From: Candidatus Spyradocola sp.
GTDB lineage: Bacteria; Bacillota; Clostridia; Christensenellales; UBA1750
Direction of reading: 5' to 3'
Assembly: GCA_034113365.1 (NCBI GenBank)
Contig: JAXEXP010000083.1
Span: 1 to 57,054 of the forward strand
DNA length: 57,054 bases
The translations under genes and the position numbers were made by a program. The stretch's first letter is position 1. Every line of letters begins with the position of its first letter. Below are positions 28,600-37,739 of the stretch, one piece after another. The notes beneath the pieces are model-generated. The model searched no databases, had not been told where the DNA came from, and worked only from the letters and a program-made list of their open reading frames with translations.

Positions 28600-28875
28600 T
28601 TACCTCTTCTTTTCCTGCGCGATGTTGGAGGACAGCAGGGCGCTGACGGCCTGCAGAGCTTCCTTTTCGTCGGCGCCGTTGACGGACAGCGTGATCTGGT
28701 TGTTCGCGCCCACGCCCAGGGACAGCACGCCCATCATGGACTTGGCATTGATGATCTTGGTGCCCTGCTCGATGAGGATCTGCGAGCGGAAGCGGCAGGC
28801 GATCTGCACGAGCTGCGCAGCGGACTTGGCGTCCAGGCCGTCGCGGTTGGTGATGACGATACTTTTCTGAAGCAT
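28600..28875 (-). CDS. HPr-family protein (Crh-like, Asp at position 15)
   Basis: GLDAKSAA replaces GLHARPA; NAKS46MMGVLSL retained; follows whiA. Confidence 0.88.
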   Translation of the reverse strand: MLQKSIVITNRDGLDAKSAAQLVQIACRFRSQILIEQGTKIINAKSMMGVLSLGVGANNQITLSVNGADEKEALQAVSALLSSNIAQEKKR

Positions 28876-28893
28876 ACTCGGTCGTTCCCCTTT

Positions 28894-29829
28894 CTATTTG
28901 TGCATATCCCGGGCAATCTCCATGAGTTTTCTCAGGCGGTTATTGACGGCGCTCTTGCTGATGGGGGGATCGAAATACTCTCCCAGCTCCTTCAGCGGCG
29001 AATCGGGGTGCTCGACGCGCACCTCCGCCATCCTGCGCAAGTGCACCGGCAGCTTTTTGAGCCCCATGCCGCGCTCGATGGCCTCGATGGCCTCGATCTG
29101 GCGCTGGGCGGCGTCCATGGTCTTGTCCACGTTGGCATTGTCGCAGTTGGCGGCGCGGTTGACGTTGTTGCGCATATTCTTTTTGATGCGCACGTTTTCC
29201 AGCTCCATCAGCGCGTTGTGCGCGCCCATGTGGTTAAGGCAGGTTACGATCAGCTCGCTCTCTTTTAAGTATACCACAAAACTGTCCCGCCGCGGAACCA
29301 TCTTTGCCGGAATTTCCAGGCGGCCCAGGAAATTGACGAGCGAGCGCGCGTACTCCTCCGCGGAGGAGGTGATCTCCAGATGGTAGCCCTTGCCGGGGTC
29401 GGACAGCGTGCCGGTAGCCAGGAACGCGCCGCGCAGGTAGGCGCTGCGGCAGCAGCTCTTGCGCACCAGACCTGAGGGCACCGCGCGGCTGATGCGCACG
29501 CCCTGGTCGGTCTGCAGCATCAGGCCGGTCTGCTCCAGTATGTGCGGGGCAGCCTGCGGGCCGATGACCACGTGGTAGACGTTGCGCTTGCCCAGGCGCT
29601 TGCGCAGCTGGGTGCGCACCTCGGGCGTGACGCCGAAGCACGCCTTGCACAGCGAGAAAATGCGGCGCGCGACAGCGGGCACCTCGGTGGTCATCCACAC
29701 CGACTGGCCCCCGCGCCCGATGCGCAGCGTGCCGATGCCGTGGATGAACGCGGCCAGCTCGGCCAGCTTACAGCAGCTCTTGCTGACGCACTGGCAGAGC
29801 TCCTGCTTGGTCTCCGATGAAAAGGACAT
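28894..29829 (-). CDS. whiA: DNA-binding protein WhiA
   Basis: MSFSSETKQEL, AYLRGAFL..G.LSDP, NRAANCDNAN, SKSAVNNRLRKL. Confidence 0.95.
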   Translation of the reverse strand: MSFSSETKQELCQCVSKSCCKLAELAAFIHGIGTLRIGRGGQSVWMTTEVPAVARRIFSLCKACFGVTPEVRTQLRKRLGKRNVYHVVIGPQAAPHILEQTGLMLQTDQGVRISRAVPSGLVRKSCCRSAYLRGAFLATGTLSDPGKGYHLEITSSAEEYARSLVNFLGRLEIPAKMVPRRDSFVVYLKESELIVTCLNHMGAHNALMELENVRIKKNMRNNVNRAANCDNANVDKTMDAAQRQIEAIEAIERGMGLKKLPVHLRRMAEVRVEHPDSPLKELGEYFDPPISKSAVNNRLRKLMEIARDMHK

Positions 29830-29838
29830 AACACATTC

Positions 29839-30705
29839 TCATTTCTTAGCGTAATAGACGGCGTCGCGGTGCGAGGCGGAGCAATGGAAGCCCGCCTGCT
29901 GCAGGCCCTTTGCGATCTCCATCGCCAGGCACACGCTGCGGTGCTGGCCGCCCGTGCAGCCGATGCCGATGACCAGACGGTCCTTGCCCTCGGACACATA
30001 GTGCGGGATGAGGAAGCGGAGCAGGTCCAGCGTCTTTTCGAGGAACACGCGGCTCTCTTCAAAGCTCATCACATAGTCGTGCACGGGCTGATCCGCGCCG
30101 TTCATGGGGCGCATCTCGGGGATGTAGAAGGGGTTGGGGATGAAGCGCACGTCAAAGACCAGGTCCGCGTCCTGCGGAATGCCGTGCTTGAAGCCAAAGG
30201 AGAGCACGTTGACGGAGATGGCCTTGTCCACGTCGCCCTCGCCGTACATGCGCAGCAGCATCTCCCGCAGCTGGCGGGTGAGCATGGTGGTGGTGTCGAT
30301 GACGCGGGTGGCGCGGCGCTCCATGCCGCGCAGCATCTCCCGCTCCTTTTCGATGTTCTGGATGAGCAGCTTTTCGCTGCCCATGGGGTGCGCGCGGCGC
30401 GTCTCCTTGTAGCGGCGGATGAGCTCCTCGTCCGACGCGGTCAGGTAAAGCACGTCGCAGTTGACATTCATCTCGCGCAGCGCGTCCAGCGCCTCGTCCG
30501 CGTGGCCGAAGAACGCGCCGCTGCGCGTGTCGATGCCCAGCGCCACCCGCTGGATGGCCGGGTCGTCCTCCATGCACAGCTTCGCCATATTGGGGATGAG
30601 CATGGGCGGCAGGTTGTCCACGCAGTAGAAGCCGATGTCCTCCAGCGTGTGCAGCGCCTGCGTCTTGCCCGCGCCGGAAAGTCCCGTCACCACGACCAGT
30701 TTCAT
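29839..30705 (-). CDS. rapZ: RNase adaptor protein RapZ (YvcJ)
   Basis: GLSGAGKT, CVDNLP, SFGFKHG, DVRFIPNP, GCTGGQHRSV. Confidence 0.96.
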   Translation of the reverse strand: MKLVVVTGLSGAGKTQALHTLEDIGFYCVDNLPPMLIPNMAKLCMEDDPAIQRVALGIDTRSGAFFGHADEALDALREMNVNCDVLYLTASDEELIRRYKETRRAHPMGSEKLLIQNIEKEREMLRGMERRATRVIDTTTMLTRQLREMLLRMYGEGDVDKAISVNVLSFGFKHGIPQDADLVFDVRFIPNPFYIPEMRPMNGADQPVHDYVMSFEESRVFLEKTLDLLRFLIPHYVSEGKDRLVIGIGCTGGQHRSVCLAMEIAKGLQQAGFHCSASHRDAVYYAKK

Positions 30706-30785
30706 ATCGTTCTCTCCTCGTCTTTCCGCAGCACCTGGCGGCCGGATAAAATTACGGCAACCACGAAGCTGCCTGTCGGGGGTTA

Positions 30786-30955
30786 AGCTTCCCCTTGAGG
30801 TTCACCCGGAGGGGCAAAGCCCTGAAGCATGAGCGTTTCGGAATGAACAGTCCTGTGGACTGTTTATGGAGAATAAGCCATGCGGAACACCGGAGCAGTC
30901 GGAACGGCTGGTTCGGTGCGGAGGGTGAAGTGCCGCCTTGGGCGGCGATAGGGTG
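30786..30955. mobile_element. reverse REP A variant split by element B (30801-30923)
   Basis: AGCTTCCCCTTGAGG | B | GGTGAAGTGCCGCC-TTG-GGCGGCGATAGGGTG. Confidence 0.75.
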
Positions 30956-30992
30956 AGCCTGTTGGACGTCGCGCTGCAACACCGCCCTGTGG

Positions 30993-31322
30993 CTACTCCT
31001 CCACCCGTCCGATCGATCTTTCGCTGTCAAATCCATCCGGGTACCGCGCGCGCAGCTTGGCCAGGTTGCGCTGCAGCACCTCCTCCAGCGGGACGTCCAG
31101 CGCCCAGGCGGTCTCCGCAAGGTACCAGGCCACGTCGCCCAGCTCCTTAATGAGCCCCTCCCGATCCAGCTCGTGTCCCTGCGCCAGATGCTTTTTTACG
31201 ATGTCTATGGCTTCGCCCGCCTCGCCGCACAGCCCCATCACGCCGTTGATGAGCACGTCGCGCTTGTCCAGCGCGGGATTGAGCGTGTGCAGCGCCTGAT
31301 GCTGATACTCATTCGCCGTCAT
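30993..31322 (-). CDS. MazG-like nucleotide pyrophosphohydrolase
   Basis: GLCGEAGE..DIVKK, KELGDVAWY, NLAKLRARYPDGF. Confidence 0.88.
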   Translation of the reverse strand: MTANEYQHQALHTLNPALDKRDVLINGVMGLCGEAGEAIDIVKKHLAQGHELDREGLIKELGDVAWYLAETAWALDVPLEEVLQRNLAKLRARYPDGFDSERSIGRVEE

Positions 31323-32229
31323 GTTTATCCTCTCCGATGATGCGCACCTCGGGCTCCAGCTGCACGCCGAACTGCGCCTGTACCTCGTGCTGCACCTTTT
31401 CCATCAGCGCCAACACGTCGCTCGCGGTCGCGCCGCCGCGGTTGATGAGGAAGCCCGCGTGCAGCTCGCTGATCTGCGCGCCGCCCACGCTCGCGCCCTT
31501 GAGCCCCGCGTCCTGGATCAGCTTGCCCGCAAAATACCCCTCCGGCCGCTTGAAAAAGCTGCCCGACGAGGCGTACTGCAGCGGCTGCTTCTCCCTGCGC
31601 CGGTGCGAATACTCCGCCATGCGCGCCGCGATCTGCTCCGGATCATCCGGCTTCAGCCGGAAGCGGGCGGACAGCACCACGCCGCCCGTCTCCATCAGGG
31701 AGGTATGGCGGTAGCGCATGTCCAGCGCGGCAGCATCCATCTCCACGATGTCTCCCGAGGGCGTCAGCACGCGCGCACATTCCAGCGCCTGGCTCATCTC
31801 CCCGCCGTAGGCGCCCGCGTTCATGTACACGCCGCCGCCCACGCTGCCGGGGATGCCCTCGGCAAATTCCAGCCCCGCAAGGCCATGCTGCTGCGCCGTC
31901 CGCGCCAGCGCGCCCAGCGTCGCGCCCGCCTGTGCGGTGACGCAGTCGCCTTCCACTGTCACGTGCGAGAACTCCGCGCCCAGATGCAGCGCCACGCCGC
32001 GCAGCCCGCCGTCGCGGACCACCAGGTTGCTGCCGCGCCCGACGAGCGTCAGCGGCAAGCCGTTTTCCCGGCACGCGCGCACCACCTTTGCTATGTCCTG
32101 CTCGTTTGCGGCGTGCACCACGCAGTCCGCGGCGCCGCCCACGCGCATCGTGGTCAGCTCCCGCATCGGAATGCCGGCCTGCACGCGTCCCTCGAGCCCC
32201 AAGCTGTTCATCAAATCAAAAGCCTTCAC
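31309..32229 (-). CDS. murB: UDP-N-acetylenolpyruvoylglucosamine reductase
   Basis: GRGSNLVV, GIPGSVGG..MNAGAYG, KQPL, GSFFKRP, LEPEV. Confidence 0.96.
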   Translation of the reverse strand: MKAFDLMNSLGLEGRVQAGIPMRELTTMRVGGAADCVVHAANEQDIAKVVRACRENGLPLTLVGRGSNLVVRDGGLRGVALHLGAEFSHVTVEGDCVTAQAGATLGALARTAQQHGLAGLEFAEGIPGSVGGGVYMNAGAYGGEMSQALECARVLTPSGDIVEMDAAALDMRYRHTSLMETGGVVLSARFRLKPDDPEQIAARMAEYSHRRREKQPLQYASSGSFFKRPEGYFAGKLIQDAGLKGASVGGAQISELHAGFLINRGGATASDVLALMEKVQHEVQAQFGVQLEPEVRIIGEDKHDGE

Positions 32230-32297
32230 ATCTGCACCTCTGCTGCGATTTATTACAGTTTACATGATTCAGCGCAAGAATTCAAGTGGCAAGCGCG

Positions 32298-33347
32298 TCA
32301 GGGCAGGACGACGCCGCCCTGCAGCGCCCGCTCAAGCGCCGCCATCTGCTCGTCGTCCGCATAGACCGGCCCGCAGTCCGTCACGGGAAACAGCCCTGCG
32401 CGCGCAAGGTCGCGCTGTGTTTCCTCCTCCAGCAGGAATTGCAGCAGCCGCGCCGCGCACTGCGCCCGCGCCTCGGCATTCTCCCGGCCCGCCGCCGTCA
32501 GCTCCGGCCGCACCACGCCGCCCAGCAGCACCTGATCGGTATAGGCCTCCCCTTCCGGCACGAGCAGCACGGTTTCAAACCCCTTGCCCGCGCTGCCCAG
32601 CGCCTGCATGCGCCGGATCTCCCGCTGGGTGGCCACATAGAACGCGTACTTTTCCTCGATCACAAAATCCGGCCACACCTTGCCGTGCGGGCGCTCGCCG
32701 TCCACGCGCACCTGTCCCGCATCGCCCATGCGCGCCAGCGCGCGCAGCGGGTCGGTGTAGGGCATCTGCGGCGCGGCGACGGCCATGCCCTTCTCCGCCA
32801 GCAGCGCCATCGTGTCATCGAAATTCAGCGATGGCGACCAGCCTGCGGCGTCCAGCAGCTTCCGGTTGCCCAGCAGCGCATAGCCGCCCATCGCGACGGG
32901 CAGGGCGAGGCGCTCTCCGCCCCACACGCCCGCGTCCTGCAGATCGCTGCGCACGCTTGGGCTGTCCGGCAGGGGCTGCAGCAGCTGCTCCGCGTCCAGC
33001 GGCACGGTCATGCCGAACAGCAGCGCGTCGGGCAGCGTACCCGCCGCGGCGCCCGTGCGCACGCCCGTCTCGGTCAGCTCGCGCAGCGAGACGAGCACGC
33101 CGCTGTTCTGCGCCTCAAACCTGCGAAAGCTCGCCTTGAGCCAGCCGTTTACGTTGACCGTGGGGAAGGAGGGCACTACGCCCACCGCCACCACGCCCTG
33201 CCAGGCGGGCTTTTCCGGCTTGAGCCGCTGCTTTACGTCCACCACCGCCGTGCGCGCGGCCCAGGGCGCGGCCAATGTCGCCGCGATCAGCAGCCCCAGT
33301 GCCAGCACCCTCCATCCCCATTTCAAGGCACATCCCTCCCCTACCAT
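32298..33347 (-). CDS. probable extracellular solute-binding (periplasmic binding protein type 2) protein
   Basis: N-terminal hydrophobic segment; FEAQNSGV, PDALLFG, LPVAMGGYALLGN, LQFLLEEETQ..L..GLFPV pattern. Confidence 0.6.
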   Translation of the reverse strand: MVGEGCALKWGWRVLALGLLIAATLAAPWAARTAVVDVKQRLKPEKPAWQGVVAVGVVPSFPTVNVNGWLKASFRRFEAQNSGVLVSLRELTETGVRTGAAAGTLPDALLFGMTVPLDAEQLLQPLPDSPSVRSDLQDAGVWGGERLALPVAMGGYALLGNRKLLDAAGWSPSLNFDDTMALLAEKGMAVAAPQMPYTDPLRALARMGDAGQVRVDGERPHGKVWPDFVIEEKYAFYVATQREIRRMQALGSAGKGFETVLLVPEGEAYTDQVLLGGVVRPELTAAGRENAEARAQCAARLLQFLLEEETQRDLARAGLFPVTDCGPVYADDEQMAALERALQGGVVLP

Positions 33348-33458
33348 TATAAACCCCTGCTGCGGATCTATTCCTCATGGCACATAAAAAAGAGCCGACT
33401 TCTCTGTCGGCTCTCAGCCTGTCATAAAGCACTTCTGGAAAAGCACATGGTGTGATTC

Positions 33459-33545
33459 GGTGCGTCCAGGGCAGGGCTGGTGCTTGACGGACACCTCATC
33501 AGGCTCCTTCGGGCGCCAGCTTCCCCTCAAGGGGAAGCCAAAGGC
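33459..33545 (+). repeat. REP-like family A unit (core 33490-33539)
   Basis: GACACCTCATCAGGCTCCTTCGGGCGCCAGCTTCCCCTCAAGGGGAAGCC; first stem altered. Confidence 0.88.
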
Positions 33546-33628
33546 TGCGATGCGCTATTCTCTGCATGGTTTTTTGACAGAAAGAGAGCCGACAGCGCAG
33601 TCGGCTCTCGTAGGTGATATGGTTTCGT

Positions 33629-33916
33629 TCAGGCTTTGTCCCGTGCGTTTTGTTCCGCCTTGTGCAGCGCCTGGCGCATCAGCGTCAGCTCCTTGCGCAT
33701 GGCGTTGACCTCGTCCTTGCTCTTGAGCAGCTCGTCGGCCAGGTTCAGCGCGGTCAGCGCCATCAGACGGTCCTCGGACAGGTAGCCCGAGTAGGAAAGC
33801 TCCGTCATGCGGCGGTCGACGTAGGACGCGACGCGCTGCATGTACTCCGGCGTCTCGGTCCCTACGACGGTGTAATCCCTGCCGTGTACGGTGACGACGG
33901 TCTTGTTTTTTTCCAT
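33629..33916 (-). CDS. zapA: cell division protein ZapA
   Basis: VTVHGRDYTV, YMQRVASYVDRRM, LTALNLADEL coiled coil. Confidence 0.9.
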   Translation of the reverse strand: MEKNKTVVTVHGRDYTVVGTETPEYMQRVASYVDRRMTELSYSGYLSEDRLMALTALNLADELLKSKDEVNAMRKELTLMRQALHKAEQNARDKA

Positions 33917-33969
33917 GATGCTTCCCTCCCGTCAGGCGGCGTTCTTTGCACTATTATACCCGTTTTTGC

Positions 33970-36366
33970 TCAAGAACGCAACTGCGCGTTGAATTCCGTC
34001 GAAACGTTGGTGATGATCTTATCCGTGACGCGGGTGATCTCCTCCTCGCCCAGCGTGCGGTCGGCCGCGCGCAGCGTGATGGACACGGCGACGGACTTCT
34101 CGCCCTTTGCGATGGGCACACCGCGATAGATGTCAAACAGCTTGACCTCCTCGCACAGCGCGCCGGCGCTCTTTTCCATGGTGCGCATCACGTCGCCCAC
34201 GGGCACCTCTTCCTTCATCACGAACGCGAAGTCGCGCTGCACGGCGGGGAACTTGGGCATGCCCTTGGCGTCGCCCACGCTGGTCTGGCTCTCGTCGAGC
34301 ACGTTGAGGTTGAGCTCGGCGACGTAGGCGCGGCACTTGAACTTGAAGCTCTCGGCCACGTCGGGATGCACCTCGCCCAGCAGGCCCAGCAGCTGCTCGC
34401 CCGCGTACACCTCGGCGCTGCGGCCGGGATGCAGGTAGGGCGCGCCGGAGCGCTTCCAGGACACGTTCTTGACGCCGAAGCGGGTCAGCAGCGCCTCAAC
34501 CATGCCCTTGATGGTGTAGAAGGTGGCCTTCTCGCCGTACAGGCCGATGCACAGCGCGGGGCGCTCCTCGGGCAGCTCCTCCAGCGGCAGCGACTTGGGC
34601 AGGAACTGCTTGCCCAGCTCGTACAGCGCCGCGCCCGCGTTGCCGCGGTTGATGTTGGTGGACAGGGTATTGAGCATAGAGGGGATGAGCGTGGTGCGCA
34701 TCACGGAGTAGTCCTCGCCCAGCGGGTTGAGCAGCTTGGCGCTCAGGCGCAGCGGGTCGTCCTCGGGCAGGCGCAGCGCGTCGTACCACTTGGGGCTGAT
34801 GAACGAATAGGTGACGGCCTCGTACGCGCCCATGCCGCACAGCAGGGAGCGAATCTTGGCGTCGCGCAGCTGATGCGCGCTGTTGTGGCCGCCCATCGTC
34901 TCGCCCTTCATCAGCGTGGAGGGGATGTGGTCGTAGCCGTAGATGCGCAGCACCTCCTCGGCGATGTCCGCGCCCACCTTGATGTCCTGACGCCACACGG
35001 GGCTCTCGCAGATCAGCTTGTCGCCCTTGACGATGGTCTTGATGTCCAGCTGCTCGAGGATCTCGGCCATCTTGTCGGCGGGGACCTCGATGCCCATCAG
35101 GGTCTGGACGTATTTTACGTCGGCCTCGACCACGGGGGCGGGCTCCTCGTTGGGGTAGATGTCGATGATGCCGTCCACGACCTTGCCGGCGCCCAGTTCG
35201 TCCACCAGCGCGAGCGCGCGCTGCAGCGCCTTCTTGCACAGGCGCACGTTGACGCCGCGCTCGAAGTGGCCCTGCGCCTCGGTGCGCATGCCCAGGCTGC
35301 GGCCGCTCTGGCGGATGTTCGCGCCGTCAAAGCAGGCGGACTCGAACATGACGACCTGGGTGCTGTCGGTGATCTCGCTCTCCTCGCCGCCCATGATGCC
35401 GGCAAGGCCCGTCGCGCCCTCAGCGTCGGCGATGACCAGCATGTTGGAGGTGAGCTTGCGATCCTTGCTGTCCAGCGTCATCATCTCTTCGTTTTCCTGC
35501 GCACGGCGCACGATGATCTGGCGTCCGCGCACCGCGTCGAGGTTGAAGGCGTGCATGGGCTGGCCCATCTCGATCATCACGAAGTTGGTGATGTCCACGA
35601 TGTTGTTGATGGGGCGCACGCCCGCCTTGTGCAGCGCCTGACGCATCCACAGCGGGGAGGGCTCGATCTTGATGTCCTTGATGACCGCGGCGCAGTAGCG
35701 CTTGCACAGGTCGGGGTCGTCCACGCGGACGCGCACCTCGTCGTCGATGCTGCCGCCGTGGGTGGCGTACTCGTAATTGGGCTCCACGACGGGGTTGCCC
35801 GCGGCGACGGCGGCCTCGTGCGCAAGGCCGAGCACGCTCAGGCAGTCGGGGCGGTTGGCCAGGATGTCAAAGTCGATGACGGTATCGTCGAGGCCGAGCA
35901 CGGGCTTGATGTCCGCGCCGGGGGTGGGCTCGCCCTTGAGAATGAGCAGGCCGTGCTCGGTGTTGGAGGGGTAGACGTCCGCGGGGACGCCCAGCTCCTC
36001 GCCGGAGCACATCATGCCGTTGGAGGGCTCGCCGCGCAGCTTGCCCTTCTTGATGTGCACGCCGCCGGGCAGGTAGGAGTCGTGCAGCGCGACGGGGACA
36101 TAGTCGCCCACGGACATGTTGTCCGCGCCGGTGACGATCTGGATGGGAGCCTCCTGCCCCACGTCCACCTGGCAGATGGACAGGTGGTCGGAGTTGGGAT
36201 GGGGCACGATCTCGGTCAGGCGGCCCACGACCACGTTTTTGACCTCCGCGCCGCAGTCCTCATAGCCCTCGACCGCGGTGCCGCTCATGATCATGCGGCG
36301 GACGAACTCGTCCACGGGGATGTCGATCTTTACGTATTTTTTCAGCCAGGAAAGCGGTACCAGCAT
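33970..36366 (-). CDS. pheT: phenylalanine--tRNA ligase beta subunit
   Basis: MLVPLSWL, HPNSDHL, NRPDCLS, IAEEVLRIYGY, KFPAVQRD. Confidence 0.97.
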   Translation of the reverse strand: MLVPLSWLKKYVKIDIPVDEFVRRMIMSGTAVEGYEDCGAEVKNVVVGRLTEIVPHPNSDHLSICQVDVGQEAPIQIVTGADNMSVGDYVPVALHDSYLPGGVHIKKGKLRGEPSNGMMCSGEELGVPADVYPSNTEHGLLILKGEPTPGADIKPVLGLDDTVIDFDILANRPDCLSVLGLAHEAAVAAGNPVVEPNYEYATHGGSIDDEVRVRVDDPDLCKRYCAAVIKDIKIEPSPLWMRQALHKAGVRPINNIVDITNFVMIEMGQPMHAFNLDAVRGRQIIVRRAQENEEMMTLDSKDRKLTSNMLVIADAEGATGLAGIMGGEESEITDSTQVVMFESACFDGANIRQSGRSLGMRTEAQGHFERGVNVRLCKKALQRALALVDELGAGKVVDGIIDIYPNEEPAPVVEADVKYVQTLMGIEVPADKMAEILEQLDIKTIVKGDKLICESPVWRQDIKVGADIAEEVLRIYGYDHIPSTLMKGETMGGHNSAHQLRDAKIRSLLCGMGAYEAVTYSFISPKWYDALRLPEDDPLRLSAKLLNPLGEDYSVMRTTLIPSMLNTLSTNINRGNAGAALYELGKQFLPKSLPLEELPEERPALCIGLYGEKATFYTIKGMVEALLTRFGVKNVSWKRSGAPYLHPGRSAEVYAGEQLLGLLGEVHPDVAESFKFKCRAYVAELNLNVLDESQTSVGDAKGMPKFPAVQRDFAFVMKEEVPVGDVMRTMEKSAGALCEEVKLFDIYRGVPIAKGEKSVAVSITLRAADRTLGEEEITRVTDKIITNVSTEFNAQLRS

Positions 36367-36369
36367 TTC

Positions 36370-37404
36370 TTACACCCTCCCTTTTCCGAACTGCGACAGG
36401 AAACGCAGGTCATTTTCAAACAGCAGACGCATATCGGGCACGTTGTACTTCAAATTGGTGACGCGCTCGATGCCGATGCCGAACGCAAAGCCGGTGTACT
36501 TCTTAGAGTCGATTCCGCACATCTCCAGCACGTTGGGGTTGACCATGCCCGCGCCGAGGATCTCAATCCAGCCGGTGCCCTTGCAGATGCGGCAGCCCTT
36601 GCCCTTGCAGGCGGCGCAGGTGACGTCCACCTCGGCGGACGGCTCGGTGAAGGGGAAGAACGAGGGGCGGAAGCGGGTGGAGATGCCCTCGCCGTACATC
36701 TCGCGGGCGAAGGTATCCAGCGTGCCCTTCAGGTCGCCCATGGTGATGCCCTCGTCGATGACCAGGCCCTCGCACTGCGAGAACACGGGGCTGTGGGTGG
36801 CGTCCACCTCGTCGGCGCGGTAGACGCGGCCGGGGCAGATGATGCGGATGGGCGGCTTCTGCGAGAGCATGGTGCGCGCCTGCACGGGCGAGGTGTGGGT
36901 GCGCAGCAGTATGTTCTCGTTGAAGTAGAAGGTATCCTGCGCATCGCGCGCGGGGTGGTTCTTGGGCAGGTTGAGCAGCTCGAAGTTGTACTTGTCCAGC
37001 TCGACCTCGGGGCCTTCGGCCACGGAAAAGCCCATGCCGGTGAAGATGGAGATGATCTTCTCCAGCGTGGAGGACAGCGGGTGCTCGTTGCCCATGGGGA
37101 TCTCTTCGCCGGGGATGGAGATGTCCAGCGTCTCGGCGGCCAGGCGCTGCGCCTTTTCCTTTTCGGCAAGCTCTTGGCTCTTCTGCTCCAGCCAGCCCTC
37201 AATCTCGGCGCGCAGCGCGTTGACCTTCTGACCCACGACGGGTCTCTCCTCGGGGCTGAGCTTGCCCATGCCCTTGAGCAGCGCGGTCAGCTCGCCCTTG
37301 CGGCCCAGCACGGAGACGCGGATGTCCTCGATATGTGCGCTGCCTGCCGCTGCATCCAGCCTGGCCCGCACGGACTGCCGGATCTCATTCAGTTTTTCCT
37401 GCAT
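36370..37404 (-). CDS. pheS: phenylalanine--tRNA ligase alpha subunit
   Basis: HPARDAQDTFY, LRTHTSPVQ, FPFTEPSAEVD, GFAFGIGIER. Confidence 0.97.
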   Translation of the reverse strand: MQEKLNEIRQSVRARLDAAAGSAHIEDIRVSVLGRKGELTALLKGMGKLSPEERPVVGQKVNALRAEIEGWLEQKSQELAEKEKAQRLAAETLDISIPGEEIPMGNEHPLSSTLEKIISIFTGMGFSVAEGPEVELDKYNFELLNLPKNHPARDAQDTFYFNENILLRTHTSPVQARTMLSQKPPIRIICPGRVYRADEVDATHSPVFSQCEGLVIDEGITMGDLKGTLDTFAREMYGEGISTRFRPSFFPFTEPSAEVDVTCAACKGKGCRICKGTGWIEILGAGMVNPNVLEMCGIDSKKYTGFAFGIGIERVTNLKYNVPDMRLLFENDLRFLSQFGKGRV

Positions 37405-37451
37405 GATGGTTCCTCCCTTTCACAAAATGGTGTGCTCCTGGGTCCTGTCTA

Positions 37452-37690
37452 CAAAAGAAAAGGCTCCGCGTCCGATATTGGGACGCAGAGCCATAGCCCT
37501 TCGTGGTACCACCCAAGTTCGCCGCCGCGTCCATCAACGCGCGGCCTCTTGCACGCTGTACCGGGCGCACCCGCGCGGCTCCGAGGTGAACTTCGGCCCG
37601 CTTTTCCGTCCCGATCCGCTTTCAGCCGATGGCGGACCTCTCTTTGGAGACATTACAAAAGCGGCTTACTGAAAAACTCATCACTGCCGA
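37452..37690 (-). ncRNA. T-box riboswitch (Phe, UUC specifier)
   Basis: T-box AACTTGGGTGGTACCACG (37502-37519), terminator 37461-37492 with T-run, specifier GAAG-TTC-A (codon at 37588-37590). Confidence 0.92.
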
Positions 37691-37699
37691 CTAACCTAG

Positions 37700-37728
37700 T
37701 TTATACCACAATCCCGCAAAAAAGTCAA
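37700..37728 (-). promoter_or_regulatory. sigma-A promoter of pheST
   Basis: TTGACT-17 bp-TATAAA with TGn. Confidence 0.75.
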
Positions 37729-37739
37729 CCAAAGCGCGG

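Noticed and set aside
33348-33628. 6S RNA downstream of zapA
   Set aside because: The gap is explained by two terminator-like hairpins and a REP; no long rod with a central bubble.
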